A stretch of 64,000 nucleotides of DNA, taken from the NCBI GenBank assembly GCA_029239785.1, contig JARBUG010000010.1, positions 287-64,286 of the forward strand. Reading direction: 5' to 3'. The notes under the pieces are model-generated. The model saw only the letters and a list, made by a program, of their open reading frames with translations, did not search any database and had not been told where the DNA came from. Each line of letters opens with the position of its first letter. Position 1 is the stretch's first letter. Source of the stretch: Symbiobacteriaceae bacterium (lineage in GTDB: Bacteria > Bacillota > Sulfobacillia > Symbiobacteriales > Symbiobacteriaceae). This document shows, one piece after another, positions 1 through 8,837 of this stretch. Both the position numbers and the translations under genes were made by a program.

Positions 1-595
1 CGTCACCCCTAGTGGGAGAGTTGATGGCGCCCTTGGGCGGGTTGATCCGCAGGGCGGGCATGGTCCGGTTCGGATTGGCGAGCCCACGGATCCAACGGGT
101 GCCGCCCTTCTCCTGCTCCAGCTTGTCGATTTCGCCGAAGCTGATCAACTGGAACGGGCAGGCGTCGACGCAGACCGGACGCTTCCCGTCGGCCAGGCGA
201 TCGGCGCAGAAGTCGCACTTGCCGACCTTGCCGCTTTCGGGGTTGTACTGGGGTGCGTCATACGGGCAGGCCCAGACGCAGCTCTGGCAACCGACGCAGC
301 GGTCCGGATCGACCATGACCACACCGTCCTCCGCCCGCTTGTGCATGGCACCGGTCGGGCAGACGTGAACGCAGGCCGGGTTCTCGCAGTGGTTGCAGGA
401 GACGGAGAGCCAGTAGGCGGTCACGTTGGTGACCCAGGCGTTGCCCTTCTTGACCCAGTCGCCCTCTTCATGCTTGACGACCTTGCGGTAGAGCTGGCCA
501 ACTTCCAGGTTGGCCCGGTCCTTGCAAGCGACCTGGCAGGTCTTGCACCCGGCACAGTTCGCTGAGTTGACGTAGAAACCCAACTGCTTGCTCAT
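1..595 (-). CDS. DmsB-type 4Fe-4S ferredoxin (electron-transfer subunit of the upstream Mo-oxidoreductase); 3' end runs off the window
   Basis: Absent from the ORF track because no stop lies in the window. ATG at 595 has GGAGGTG 11 nt upstream. Own translation MSKQLGFYVNSANCAGCKTCQVACKD..CNHCENPACVHVCPTGA..CVGCQSCVWACPYDAP..CDFCADR shows four Cys clusters and is clearly paralogous to 6511..7065. Confidence 0.85.
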   Translation of the reverse strand, partial: MSKQLGFYVNSANCAGCKTCQVACKDRANLEVGQLYRKVVKHEEGDWVKKGNAWVTNVTAYWLSVSCNHCENPACVHVCPTGAMHKRAEDGVVMVDPDRCVGCQSCVWACPYDAPQYNPESGKVGKCDFCADRLADGKRPVCVDACPFQLISFGEIDKLEQEKGGTRWIRGLANPNRTMPALRINPPKGAINSPTRGD

Positions 596-613
596 ATACC
601 TAACGCCACCTCC

Positions 614-2995
614 TTATAGCTTGGCCACCTGAACCAGATTGGTGTGCTGCGGGTTGCCCTTGGCGCCCGGGGTCGGGTGGTACTTGGTGATGGTGTTGAT
701 GCAGCCGCGAATATCGACGCCATCCTTGTCTGGGGTATGCCAGGCGCCCTGGGGCAGGTCGGCGACGCCGGGCATGATGCCCTTGCTGACCCGGCAGACC
801 ACATGAATGGTGCCGCGGTCGTTCCAGATCTTGACCATGTCGCCATCCTTGATCCCGCGCTCGGCGGCATCAATCTCATTCAGGGTAATCGCCTGCTGCT
901 CCACCTCTTCCATCCACGGGTTGTTGTCGTGGGTGGAATGGACGCGCCGCTTCACATGGTGGCCGATCAGCTGAAGCGGGTACTTCTCCTTGAGGGGCGA
1001 CTCAGGCCCTTCCCAGGCGGGCACGTACTTCGGAATGGGGGGCAGTTCGGCCGCCAGGCCCCAGTCCTGGCCCATTTTGGCCAGCTGCGGCGAGTAGATT
1101 TCGATCAGGCCGGACGGCGTCGCCAGCTTGTTCTTGACCGGATCAGCAATAAAGGTGGCCATGCCCACGGTGGGCGGGGTCTCCTTGGACTTGATGATCG
1201 GGTTCTTCTTCAGTTCTTCGAAGGTGGGGAAGGTCGGAGTCTTCTTGCGGGTCTCCTCCACCATCCACTGCTGCCACTGCTCCATGGTGCGGCCTTCGCT
1301 GAACTTGTCGGCCACGCCCAGCTTTTCGGCAAGGCGCAGGCAGACTTCGTAGACGTCGCGGGTGTCATAGAGCGGCTCGATGGCGCCCGGGGTGTAGAAG
1401 ATCCGGTCGCCCTGGCTGGTGGCGTCGCGGCCCATTTCGGTCCGCTCGAAGGAGGACCGGTCAGGCAGCAGAATGTCGGCGAACTTGGCGCTGGGCGTCA
1501 TGAAGATATCGTGGACGAGAATGAACTCGACCAGCGACTCGTCCGCCAGGATCTTCTTGGCGTGGTTGATGTCGCCGTGCTGGTTGATCAGGGTGTTGCC
1601 GGCGTAGTTCCAAATCATCTTGATGTTCGAGTCCAGCTTGTCAACGCCGCGCAGGCCGTCCTTCGCCCGCAGCTCGGTGCCATGGGTGATGGCGTCGGGC
1701 CACTGGAAGCAGGAGATGGAGGCCTTGACCGGGTTGGTGCCGAGCGGGAAGCCGGTCAGGCTGACCGACGACTTGCCGCCGGGGCGGGTGCCGTTGCCGC
1801 CGCCCTTCCGGCCGATGTTGCCGGTCATGGCAGCGAGCGTGGGCAGGGCGCGCACGGGCTGCTCGCCATAGGCGTGCCGCTGCCAGCCGAGGCCCTGAAT
1901 CAGGCAGGTCGGCTTGGTACCGGCGATTTCACGGGCGAGGCGGACGATGGTCTCGGCGGGCACGCCGGTGATGGACTCGGCCCAGGCCGGGGTCTTGGGC
2001 ACGCCGTCGGCAGCGCCGAGGACGTAGCTCTTGAAGGAGGAGTTGGCGGGGGCGCCGGCGGGCAGGTGACTCTCGTCAAAGCCGACGCAGTACTTGTCCA
2101 GGAAGGCCTGGTCGTGCAGGTTCTCGGTGATCATCACGTAGGCCAGGGCGTTGATCAGGGCGTTGTCGGTGGTCGGCCGAATGGGAATCCACTCGTCGGC
2201 AATCGCCTTCGCCGTGTCGGAGAGGCGCGGGTCGATGACGATCACCTTGGCGCCGGCCTGCTTCGCCTTGAGGTACCACTGGTACTGGCCGCCGCCGCCC
2301 AGGCGGGTCTCGGCGGGGTTGTCCGCGAAGAGGACGATCAACCGGGAGTTGACCATATCGTCAACGCTGTTGTTGGAGCCGCCGCCCAGAATGTAGGGCG
2401 CAGCAAAAGAATAGGCGGCGGAGCTATAGGTACCGTAGTAGTTCAGGTAGCCACCGATCTGGTTGAGCAGGCGGTTGACGATACCCGTGGGCCAGGACTT
2501 GAAAACGGGGCTCAGTACGCCGGAGGCGTAGTGGTAGAAGATCGCCTGGTTGCCGTACTTCTTGATGATACGGTCCAGATTCGCGGCGATGGTCGTGTAG
2601 GCTTCGTCCCAGGTGATGGGCTCGAACTTGCCTTCGCCGCGCTTGCCCACCCGCTTCATCGGCTGCTTCAGCCGGTCGGGATGGTAGAGCTGCTGGCGCA
2701 TGGAGCGGCCGCGCTGGCAGCCGCGCTGGGCCGGCGACCAGGCCAGGTCCTGCTGGTCGGTGTCGATGCGGGTGACGACGCCATCCTGCACCTCAAGGTT
2801 AAGTACACAGGAGCCGCCGCCGCAGTTCATCGCGCAAACGTGGGGCGTGACTGTGATCGGGGCCGCCGCCTTGTCGGCCGATGCCGTTGGCACCAGCAGA
2901 TCGTTGCTGCTGCCGGCCAGTACACCGGTTGCAGCACCTGCGCCAAGGACAGCCGACCACTTTAGAAAGCTCCTTCGTGACAGATCAGGCCGCAT
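614..2995 (-). CDS. Molybdopterin oxidoreductase catalytic subunit, DMSO-reductase family, Tat-exported
   Basis: 793-aa ORF with twin-arginine motif SRRSFLKW and N-terminal Cys cluster HVCAMNCGGGSC. GGAGGAGG lies 7 nt before ATG 2995. A DmsB-type gene follows directly. Confidence 0.9.
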   Translation of the reverse strand: MRPDLSRRSFLKWSAVLGAGAATGVLAGSSNDLLVPTASADKAAAPITVTPHVCAMNCGGGSCVLNLEVQDGVVTRIDTDQQDLAWSPAQRGCQRGRSMRQQLYHPDRLKQPMKRVGKRGEGKFEPITWDEAYTTIAANLDRIIKKYGNQAIFYHYASGVLSPVFKSWPTGIVNRLLNQIGGYLNYYGTYSSAAYSFAAPYILGGGSNNSVDDMVNSRLIVLFADNPAETRLGGGGQYQWYLKAKQAGAKVIVIDPRLSDTAKAIADEWIPIRPTTDNALINALAYVMITENLHDQAFLDKYCVGFDESHLPAGAPANSSFKSYVLGAADGVPKTPAWAESITGVPAETIVRLAREIAGTKPTCLIQGLGWQRHAYGEQPVRALPTLAAMTGNIGRKGGGNGTRPGGKSSVSLTGFPLGTNPVKASISCFQWPDAITHGTELRAKDGLRGVDKLDSNIKMIWNYAGNTLINQHGDINHAKKILADESLVEFILVHDIFMTPSAKFADILLPDRSSFERTEMGRDATSQGDRIFYTPGAIEPLYDTRDVYEVCLRLAEKLGVADKFSEGRTMEQWQQWMVEETRKKTPTFPTFEELKKNPIIKSKETPPTVGMATFIADPVKNKLATPSGLIEIYSPQLAKMGQDWGLAAELPPIPKYVPAWEGPESPLKEKYPLQLIGHHVKRRVHSTHDNNPWMEEVEQQAITLNEIDAAERGIKDGDMVKIWNDRGTIHVVCRVSKGIMPGVADLPQGAWHTPDKDGVDIRGCINTITKYHPTPGAKGNPQHTNLVQVAKL

Positions 2996-3231
2996 TGGGA
3001 AACCTCCTCCTGCATCAAATGAGCGATGGTTTTGGCATCGCTCATATCTTAATAATGTATTGCAGGGTTATTGATAAGATATGGCCCGATCGAGCCTCGT
3101 TGGCGCGAATTGGTTCTGGTATGGGAATAGCGGAAACGCTTCAGATGCATAAGCAGAGGGAAGAGCCGGTGCACCTCGGATTGGGTGTGCCACCGGCGCG
3201 CCGTACCAGACCTGGTGGTTGTCGCTGTGAC

Positions 3232-3270
3232 GTAAGGAGGCGAATCCCGCCGGGGGATTCGCCTCCTTCC
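3232..3270 (-). terminator. 15-bp-stem hairpin just after the small ORF (no clear U-tract)
   Basis: AAGGAGGCGAATCCC-ccggc-GGGATTCGCCTCCTT read on the minus strand. It could be a terminator or an RNA stabiliser. Confidence 0.35.
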
Positions 3271-3277
3271 TGCTGCC

Positions 3278-3382
3278 TTACCGCCAGCGGCGGCGACTTG
3301 ATTCCAATACGGCTCCGGCCGTGAAGATGGCCACCAGTACGCCCCCGAACCAGAACCCCGTCACGAACGCTGCGTCTTCCAT
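3278..3382 (-). CDS. 34-aa single-TM small protein (MEDAAFVTGFWFGGVLVAIFTAGAVLESSRRRWR)
   Basis: Below the ORF-track size cut-off. AAAGGAGG lies 8 nt before the ATG. Hydrophobic core with an Arg-rich tail, and a strong hairpin follows. Confidence 0.35.
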   Translation of the reverse strand: MEDAAFVTGFWFGGVLVAIFTAGAVLESSRRRWR

Positions 3383-3408
3383 GGCCCTGTCCTCCTTTAT
3401 TCGGGCCC

Positions 3409-3448
3409 AAAACAAAACGAAACTACAGCCCTAAACGGCGTAGTTTCG
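3409..3448 (-). terminator. Intrinsic terminator acting as a leader attenuator
   Basis: Minus strand CGAAACUAC-13 nt loop-GUAGUUUCG followed by UUUUGUUUU. It sits immediately 5' of the small-ORF RBS, and no upstream minus-strand gene exists for it to terminate. Confidence 0.55.
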
Positions 3449-3560
3449 CAGTTTGGGCCTTCGGCAACCCCGCTACCGTGGCCCGTGGCGGGCTGTAGGC
3501 CGGAGGCTTTGCGACCCCGACTTTCGCCGGGTGTGCCTTTTCGGTGACACCAAGGTCAGG
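3449..3560 (-). promoter_or_regulatory. Structured leader with antiterminator pairing (candidate riboswitch or sRNA, ligand unknown)
   Basis: CCUACAGCCC (3499..3490) can pair with GGGCUGUAG (3431..3423), which is the 3' arm of the terminator. GCCUCCGG (3507..3500) is complementary to the downstream SD. Confidence 0.3.
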
Positions 3561-3897
3561 ATACGCCAATGGGTCCTCGGCTGAAATCCGCACGAATGCC
3601 CAATGTGAGTGTCACTCTCACTGCGAGGTCCTGGGACCTTGGTCCTGATGGCCCGATCGGGCCTACTTGACAAATAAAGGCCCGGCTCCATGGGTTCTGC
3701 TCCGGACAATTCCGGCTCAAAAGCAGCTACTTCGATTGATTGACGATACGAACTATCCTACGATCAAGACAGTATCTTCACCAGATTGCCATCAGGAATC
3801 CGGTGGAGCATCTCGGAGGCGATGTGATAGCCCTACTTGTCGAGTCACCATGAACCGGATTGTGAAACCGGGAACGAAGACATGGAGGTGTAGGCTC

Positions 3898-6495
3898 TTG
3901 GATAACCCCATCAAGACTGCAGGCGAGCACAGACTGAGCCGGCGCAGCTTCCTCGGTTGGAGTGCAGCAGCCACCGGCACGGCGGTTTTGCTTGGCAGCC
4001 AGACCGGGCTGATTCAGCTCGGCGACGGCACTGCCTCGGCAGCAGCTCCCGCCCAAGAAGGCAAATGGGTCTCGGCAGCCTGCTGGCACAACTGCGGCGG
4101 CAAGTGTCTCAACAAGGCCCTGGTTCGTGAAGGCGTGGTCATCCGGCAGAAGACCGATGATACCCACCCCGACAGCCCCGACACCCCGCAGCAGCGCGGC
4201 TGCGCCCGCGGCCGCTCCCAGCGGCAGCAGGTCCTGGGCGCCGACCGGCTCAAGTATCCGATGAAGCGGAAGAACTGGGCGCCGGGCGGCGGCAAGAAGG
4301 AACTGCGCGGCATCGACGAATGGGAGCGCATCTCCTGGGATGAGGCGCTCGACCTCGTCGCCGGCGAGCTGAAGCGGATCAAGGGCGAAGTCGGCAACAA
4401 GGGCTTCGTGATGCCGCGCATTAACTCCAAGCTGATGAACGCCTACGGCGGCGCCATGACCACCTGGGGCGTCGGCTCCGACGGCTCCTGGCCGCAGGTC
4501 GAACAGCAGATGACCGGCGGCTCGCTGCAGCAGAACGACCGCCTTGACTGGCGCAACGCCCGGCTGATCGTGCTGTGGGGTTCCAACCCCGCCTGGTCCA
4601 GCGCCGGCTCGCCCGCCTACAACCTGCTCCAGGCCAAGAAGGCCGGCGCCAAGATCATCTGCGTCGACCCGATGTATGGTGCCACGCACCAGATGCTGGC
4701 CGATGAGTGGATCCCCGTCCGCCCCGGCACCGATGCCGCTCTGCTGCTCGGCATGGCCCACCACATGATCACCGAGGGCCTGTACGACAAGGAGTTCATC
4801 AAGAAGTACACCGTCGGTTTCGATTATCTCTCCATGCCGTCGGGCACCGACTTCAAGGAGAACTTCAAGGACTACGTCCTCGGCACGCACGACAAGATGC
4901 CCAAGACGCCTGAGTGGGCCTCGGAGATCTGCGGCACCGACCCCGATGTGATTCGGCACTTCGCCACCGAGATCTGCTCGGTCAAGCCGATGATCTGGAC
5001 CTCCACCCCCGCCCCTGCCCGTACCCACCGGGGCGAGCAGTTCTGCCAGGCCTTCCTCACGGTCGGCTGGATGACCGGCAACGTCGGCATTTCGGGCGGC
5101 GGTGTCTGGAAGGCGTACCACTCTAACCAGTCCTACGGCTCCCGGACGCTGGTCTCCGCCGGCGGCACCGGTGCGGCTGGCGTGGCCAACCCGGTCTTCC
5201 CCTACGCCGGCTACGGCTTTGCCGACCCGGACAAGGACAACTGGTGGAGCCCGGCCTACGAGGAGCTGTATGACGCAATCCTCAAGGGGCAGTACCACCG
5301 CGGCGTCCATGGCATGGAAAAGTGCGATATTCGCGCCATCTACTCCATCCGGACCAGCGGCGGCGGCAACTTCTTGAACCAGTCGGCCAATATCAACAAG
5401 GGCATCGAGGCGATTCGCAAGGTCGAGTTCTTCGTCACCAGCGATATCGTTCTCTCCACTGTCTCCAAGTACGCCGATATCGTGCTGCCTGAGACCACCT
5501 GGTGGGAGAAGGTCGGCACGGTGGCCAGCGGCAACCCCGAGGCGATCGTTGTCAACAAGCAGGTGATCGAACCCCGGTTCGAAGCCCGCGATGGCGAGTG
5601 GATCGAACGGGAGCTGGCCAAGCGGCTGGGCCTCGATCCGCTGAAGGTTCATTCGGTGGATATGCAGCAGCAGTTCTTCAACCAGATCGCCGGCGCCAAG
5701 GTGATGAAGAAGGACGGCTCGGGCATGGAGCCCCTGGTCACCATCACAGATGCGGATATCGCCGCCATGAAGGCGACGGGCAAGCCCCAGCAGGGCCGGA
5801 TCAGCATGGCGGAGCTGCTCGAGCAGGGCGTCTACCAGGTGGAGCGGCGCGAAGGGGACAACTTTGGCTTTATCGCCATGAAGGCCTTCCGCGACGATCC
5901 TGTCAAGAACCCGCTCAAGACGAAGTCCGGCAAGCTGGAGATTCACTGCCAGTCGCTGGCGAACAAGATCGCCCAGTACGGCTTCAGCAAGTGCGCCCCC
6001 ATCGCCCAGTACACGCCGCCCGAAGAGGGCTACGAGACGACCTTTGCCGATTTCAAGGCGAAGAAGAAGGGCGAGTTCCCGCTCCAGCTCTTCACCATCC
6101 ACTACCCGCGGCGCTCGCACTCGACGTTTGACAACATCCGTCAGCTGCGTGAGGCCTTCCCGCAGGAGTTCTACATGAACCCGGCTGACGCCGCCGAGCG
6201 CGGCATCAAGGAAGGCGACACCGTCAAGATTACCTCGCCGCACGGCGCCGTGATCCGGCCGGTCTATCTGACCGAGCGGATTATGCCTGGCGTGGTCACG
6301 CTGCCCCAGGGCGCCTGGGTGGAGCGGGACGAGAAGACCCTGATTTGCAAGGCCGGCGCGACCAACGTGCTGAGCGGCACCCACCTGACCGGCCAGGGCG
6401 AAGAGCCGTGGAACACGGTCAACGTGCAGGTTGAGAAGTGGACCGGCGAGACCCTGGCTCCGGACGTCACCTGGCCGCAGCGGATTATGCTCTAA
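3898..6495 (+). CDS. Molybdopterin oxidoreductase catalytic subunit, DMSO-reductase family, Tat-exported (second paralog)
   Basis: The track ORF starts at 3667. The likely start is TTG 3898 (GGAGGTG 7-9 nt upstream), or ATG 3850. Tat motif SRRSFLGW and Cys cluster CWHNCGGKC. Confidence 0.9.
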   Translation: MDNPIKTAGEHRLSRRSFLGWSAAATGTAVLLGSQTGLIQLGDGTASAAAPAQEGKWVSAACWHNCGGKCLNKALVREGVVIRQKTDDTHPDSPDTPQQRGCARGRSQRQQVLGADRLKYPMKRKNWAPGGGKKELRGIDEWERISWDEALDLVAGELKRIKGEVGNKGFVMPRINSKLMNAYGGAMTTWGVGSDGSWPQVEQQMTGGSLQQNDRLDWRNARLIVLWGSNPAWSSAGSPAYNLLQAKKAGAKIICVDPMYGATHQMLADEWIPVRPGTDAALLLGMAHHMITEGLYDKEFIKKYTVGFDYLSMPSGTDFKENFKDYVLGTHDKMPKTPEWASEICGTDPDVIRHFATEICSVKPMIWTSTPAPARTHRGEQFCQAFLTVGWMTGNVGISGGGVWKAYHSNQSYGSRTLVSAGGTGAAGVANPVFPYAGYGFADPDKDNWWSPAYEELYDAILKGQYHRGVHGMEKCDIRAIYSIRTSGGGNFLNQSANINKGIEAIRKVEFFVTSDIVLSTVSKYADIVLPETTWWEKVGTVASGNPEAIVVNKQVIEPRFEARDGEWIERELAKRLGLDPLKVHSVDMQQQFFNQIAGAKVMKKDGSGMEPLVTITDADIAAMKATGKPQQGRISMAELLEQGVYQVERREGDNFGFIAMKAFRDDPVKNPLKTKSGKLEIHCQSLANKIAQYGFSKCAPIAQYTPPEEGYETTFADFKAKKKGEFPLQLFTIHYPRRSHSTFDNIRQLREAFPQEFYMNPADAAERGIKEGDTVKITSPHGAVIRPVYLTERIMPGVVTLPQGAWVERDEKTLICKAGATNVLSGTHLTGQGEEPWNTVNVQVEKWTGETLAPDVTWPQRIML

Positions 6496-6510
6496 GGAGG
6501 TGAAGTAGAC

Positions 6511-7065
6511 GTGGCTCAGAAAGGCTTTTACTTTGACATGACCGCCTGTGTCGGTTGCAAAACCTGTCAGATCGCCTGTAAGGACAAGAACGACAACCCG
6601 ATCGGCGTCAACTTCCGGCAGGTCCACACCTTCGAGGGCGGCAAGTTCCCGAAGCCCTGGATCTACTTCCTCTCCGTCGCCTGCAACCACTGCGAAAATC
6701 CGCGGTGCGTCCAGAACTGCCCCACCGGTGCCACCACCAAGCGGGCGGAAGACGGTCTGGTTGTGATCGATCAGGATGCATGCATTGGCTGCCAGTACTG
6801 CGTCTGGTCCTGCCCTTACGGCGCCCGCCACTTCCTCGAGGAGAAGAACGTGGTTGGCAAGTGCAACGGCTGCGTGGATCTGACGGCTGCCGGCGGTATG
6901 CCCGCCTGCGTCGATGCCTGCGTCATGCGGGCGCTGGAGTTCGGCGATATCGAGGAACTGAAGGCGAAGCATCCGGGTGCGGTGCCGATGGTGGCCGGCC
7001 TGCCGGGCGCCGACCTGACCGGCCCGATGCTGCTGGTCACCCCCAAGCCGGAAGCCAAGAAGTAG
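6511..7065 (+). CDS. DmsB-type 4Fe-4S ferredoxin subunit
   Basis: GTG start after AAGGAGGTG. Four Cys clusters (CVGCKTCQIAC, CNHCENPRC, CIGCQYCVWSC, CNGC..CVDAC). Confidence 0.9.
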   Translation: MAQKGFYFDMTACVGCKTCQIACKDKNDNPIGVNFRQVHTFEGGKFPKPWIYFLSVACNHCENPRCVQNCPTGATTKRAEDGLVVIDQDACIGCQYCVWSCPYGARHFLEEKNVVGKCNGCVDLTAAGGMPACVDACVMRALEFGDIEELKAKHPGAVPMVAGLPGADLTGPMLLVTPKPEAKK

Positions 7066-7078
7066 GAAGGAGGCAGGC

Positions 7079-7936
7079 ATGATGGAACTGAAGGAGTTTG
7101 CCCTGATTCTGTTTACAGTCCTGAGTCAGGCGGCCATCGGGGCGTTTATCCTGCTGGCCTGGCTGCGGCTGCAGAGCAAGGATGCGGCGCTGGATGGCGT
7201 CTACCGCAAGTCGACGGTTGTGGTGCTGGGCGTGAGCGCCGTGGGCCTGCTGGCCTCGGTCTTCCACCTGGGCCGGCCGCTGCTGGCCATGACGGCCATG
7301 AAGCATCTGGCGACCTCGTGGCTTTCCCGGGAGATCTTCTTCTCGGGCGGATTCTTTGTGCTGCTGCTGGCGGTGGTGCTGCTTGAGAAGCAGGCTGCCG
7401 TGCGCAAGGTGCTGAGCGGTCTGGCTGCGCTGTCGGGCGTGCTGGCCGTGGTCAGCATGAGCGCTTCGTATGATGCGACGATCTACCCGGCCTGGCAGGG
7501 CTGGGGGACCTATGCGGCCTTCATTGGCACGGCTGTGCTGGTGGGCCTGGGCCTGGTGGCCGGACTGATCGCCGGCTTTGGCCGGAAGGTGGAGACGAAG
7601 GGCGCCGCCCTGCAGCGCCTGGTGGGCGCCACGGTGGTGGCGCTGGGCGTGGGCCTGGTGGCCTACCCCCTCTACCTCGCCACGCTGGGTGCCGGCGGCA
7701 TGGAGGCGCAGGCGACGCTGAAGCTGCTGGGCGGCGAGTTTGCCTGGGTGCTGGCCCTGCGCTGGGCGCTTACGCTGGTGGGCGGCCTGGTGCCCCTGGT
7801 GCTGACCTGGCGCCGGATGGCCTCGGGCAAGGCGACGAGCGGTCTGGTCTTCACAGCCGCCTGCTGCCTGCTGGCCGGTGAGCTGGCTGGCCGGTACCTC
7901 TTCTACGTGACCGGCGTGCCGATCTCCATCGGGTAA
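7079..7936 (+). CDS. DmsC/NrfD-like polytopic membrane anchor subunit
   Basis: 285 aa with about 8 hydrophobic segments. GGAAGGAGG RBS, positioned after the A and B subunits. The family call is by position and hydrophobicity only. Confidence 0.7.
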   Translation: MMELKEFALILFTVLSQAAIGAFILLAWLRLQSKDAALDGVYRKSTVVVLGVSAVGLLASVFHLGRPLLAMTAMKHLATSWLSREIFFSGGFFVLLLAVVLLEKQAAVRKVLSGLAALSGVLAVVSMSASYDATIYPAWQGWGTYAAFIGTAVLVGLGLVAGLIAGFGRKVETKGAALQRLVGATVVALGVGLVAYPLYLATLGAGGMEAQATLKLLGGEFAWVLALRWALTLVGGLVPLVLTWRRMASGKATSGLVFTAACCLLAGELAGRYLFYVTGVPISIG

Positions 7937-7942
7937 GGAGAC

Positions 7943-8090
7943 ATTTTTTACCGCGGATTACGCTGATTATGGGATTACGCAGATCACTTGGTTGGCATTC
8001 CTGGTCATTATGCCCCGATATTGACCCGGTTTACATTCCCGGTGAGTTCATCTGCGTAATCCCGAAATCCGCGAAATCCGCGGTAAAAAT
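7943..8090. repeat. 148-bp MITE-like palindromic element (CGCGGAT family) inside the operon
   Basis: Terminal inverted repeats ATTTTTTACCGCGGATT / AATCCGCGGTAAAAAT plus an inner inverted repeat GGGATTACGCAGAT / ATCTGCGTAATCCC. Related copies lie at 55651..55838 and 56304..56407. Confidence 0.65.
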
Positions 8091-8109
8091 GTTTGAAAAA
8101 GGAGCATCA

Positions 8110-8814
8110 ATGATGAACACAAACGCACAGGCCCTGGCAAGCAAGGGCGAGTTGGGCGCCGTGTTGGAGGACCGTGGTTTTGCCTACGGACTGCTCATGC
8201 AGGCCTTTTTGGCCGAGCCGCGGGCTGAGCAGGTGCGGTACCTGGCCGAGAGCGGGGCCGTTTCGCTCTTTCCGTTTGGGGAGCGATCGGACCTGATCCG
8301 GCAGGGGATGGAGCGGGTCGGGGCCTACCTCGCTGACCCCGAAAACCTGACCGACGAGGCCATGGGCCGCCTCCGCTGGGACTATACCCGGCTCTTCATC
8401 GGGCCGGACCGGCTGCCGGCGCCACCGTGGGAGTCGGCCTACCGGACCGAAGAGCACGTGCTTTTTGGCGAAGAGACCCTGGCCGTGCGGCGGGCGTTCC
8501 TTAGCTACGGCCTCGTGCCCAAGGCGATGGGCTCTGAACCGGATGACCACATTGGCCTGGAACTGAATTTCATGTTTGAGACCTGCCGGCTGGCCGCCGA
8601 GGCCGCCGAGGAGGGCGATGGCGCCCGGGCGGATCGCGTCCTTCGGGACCAGCAGACGTTTCTGACCGAGCATCTGCTAAGGTGGGCGCCCGAGTTTGGG
8701 GCCGACGTGGCCAAAGACGCACAGACCGGTTTCTATCAGGGAATGGCCCTTATGCTGACTGGCCTGCTGGCCGTTGACCGTGCTACGCTACAAGAACTGT
8801 TACAAGAAAACTAG
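8110..8814 (+). CDS. TorD/DmsD-family redox-enzyme maturation chaperone
   Basis: The track ORF from 7969 reads through the repeat. ATG 8110 follows AAAGGAG. Family-like motif SEPDDHIGLEL. Confidence 0.7.
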   Translation: MMNTNAQALASKGELGAVLEDRGFAYGLLMQAFLAEPRAEQVRYLAESGAVSLFPFGERSDLIRQGMERVGAYLADPENLTDEAMGRLRWDYTRLFIGPDRLPAPPWESAYRTEEHVLFGEETLAVRRAFLSYGLVPKAMGSEPDDHIGLELNFMFETCRLAAEAAEEGDGARADRVLRDQQTFLTEHLLRWAPEFGADVAKDAQTGFYQGMALMLTGLLAVDRATLQELLQEN

Positions 8815-8837
8815 ATATCGCTGGGGGGATCTGCCCT

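Noticed and set aside
3450-3700. A known housekeeping RNA (RNase P, SRP/4.5S, 6S or tmRNA) in the structured intergenic region.
   Set aside because: GGCGAAAGUCGGGG only superficially resembles the RNase P GAGGAAAGUCC box. The SRP GUCAGGUCCGGAAGGAAGCAGC core and the tmRNA tRNA-like ends are absent. 6S cannot be excluded by eye but has no positive support.
3778-7080. 1100-aa ORF antisense to the dmsA/dmsB-like genes. Similar very long antisense ORFs lie at 644..2965(+), 14852..17614(+), 34074..36845(+), 40781..42064(+), 53771..55261(-) and 56416..57783(+).
   Set aside because: In ~68% GC DNA, stop codons are rare on the antisense strand. These ORFs are Arg/Gly/Pro/Ala/His-rich with no recognisable motifs or RBS, and the opposite strand encodes proteins with clear family signatures.
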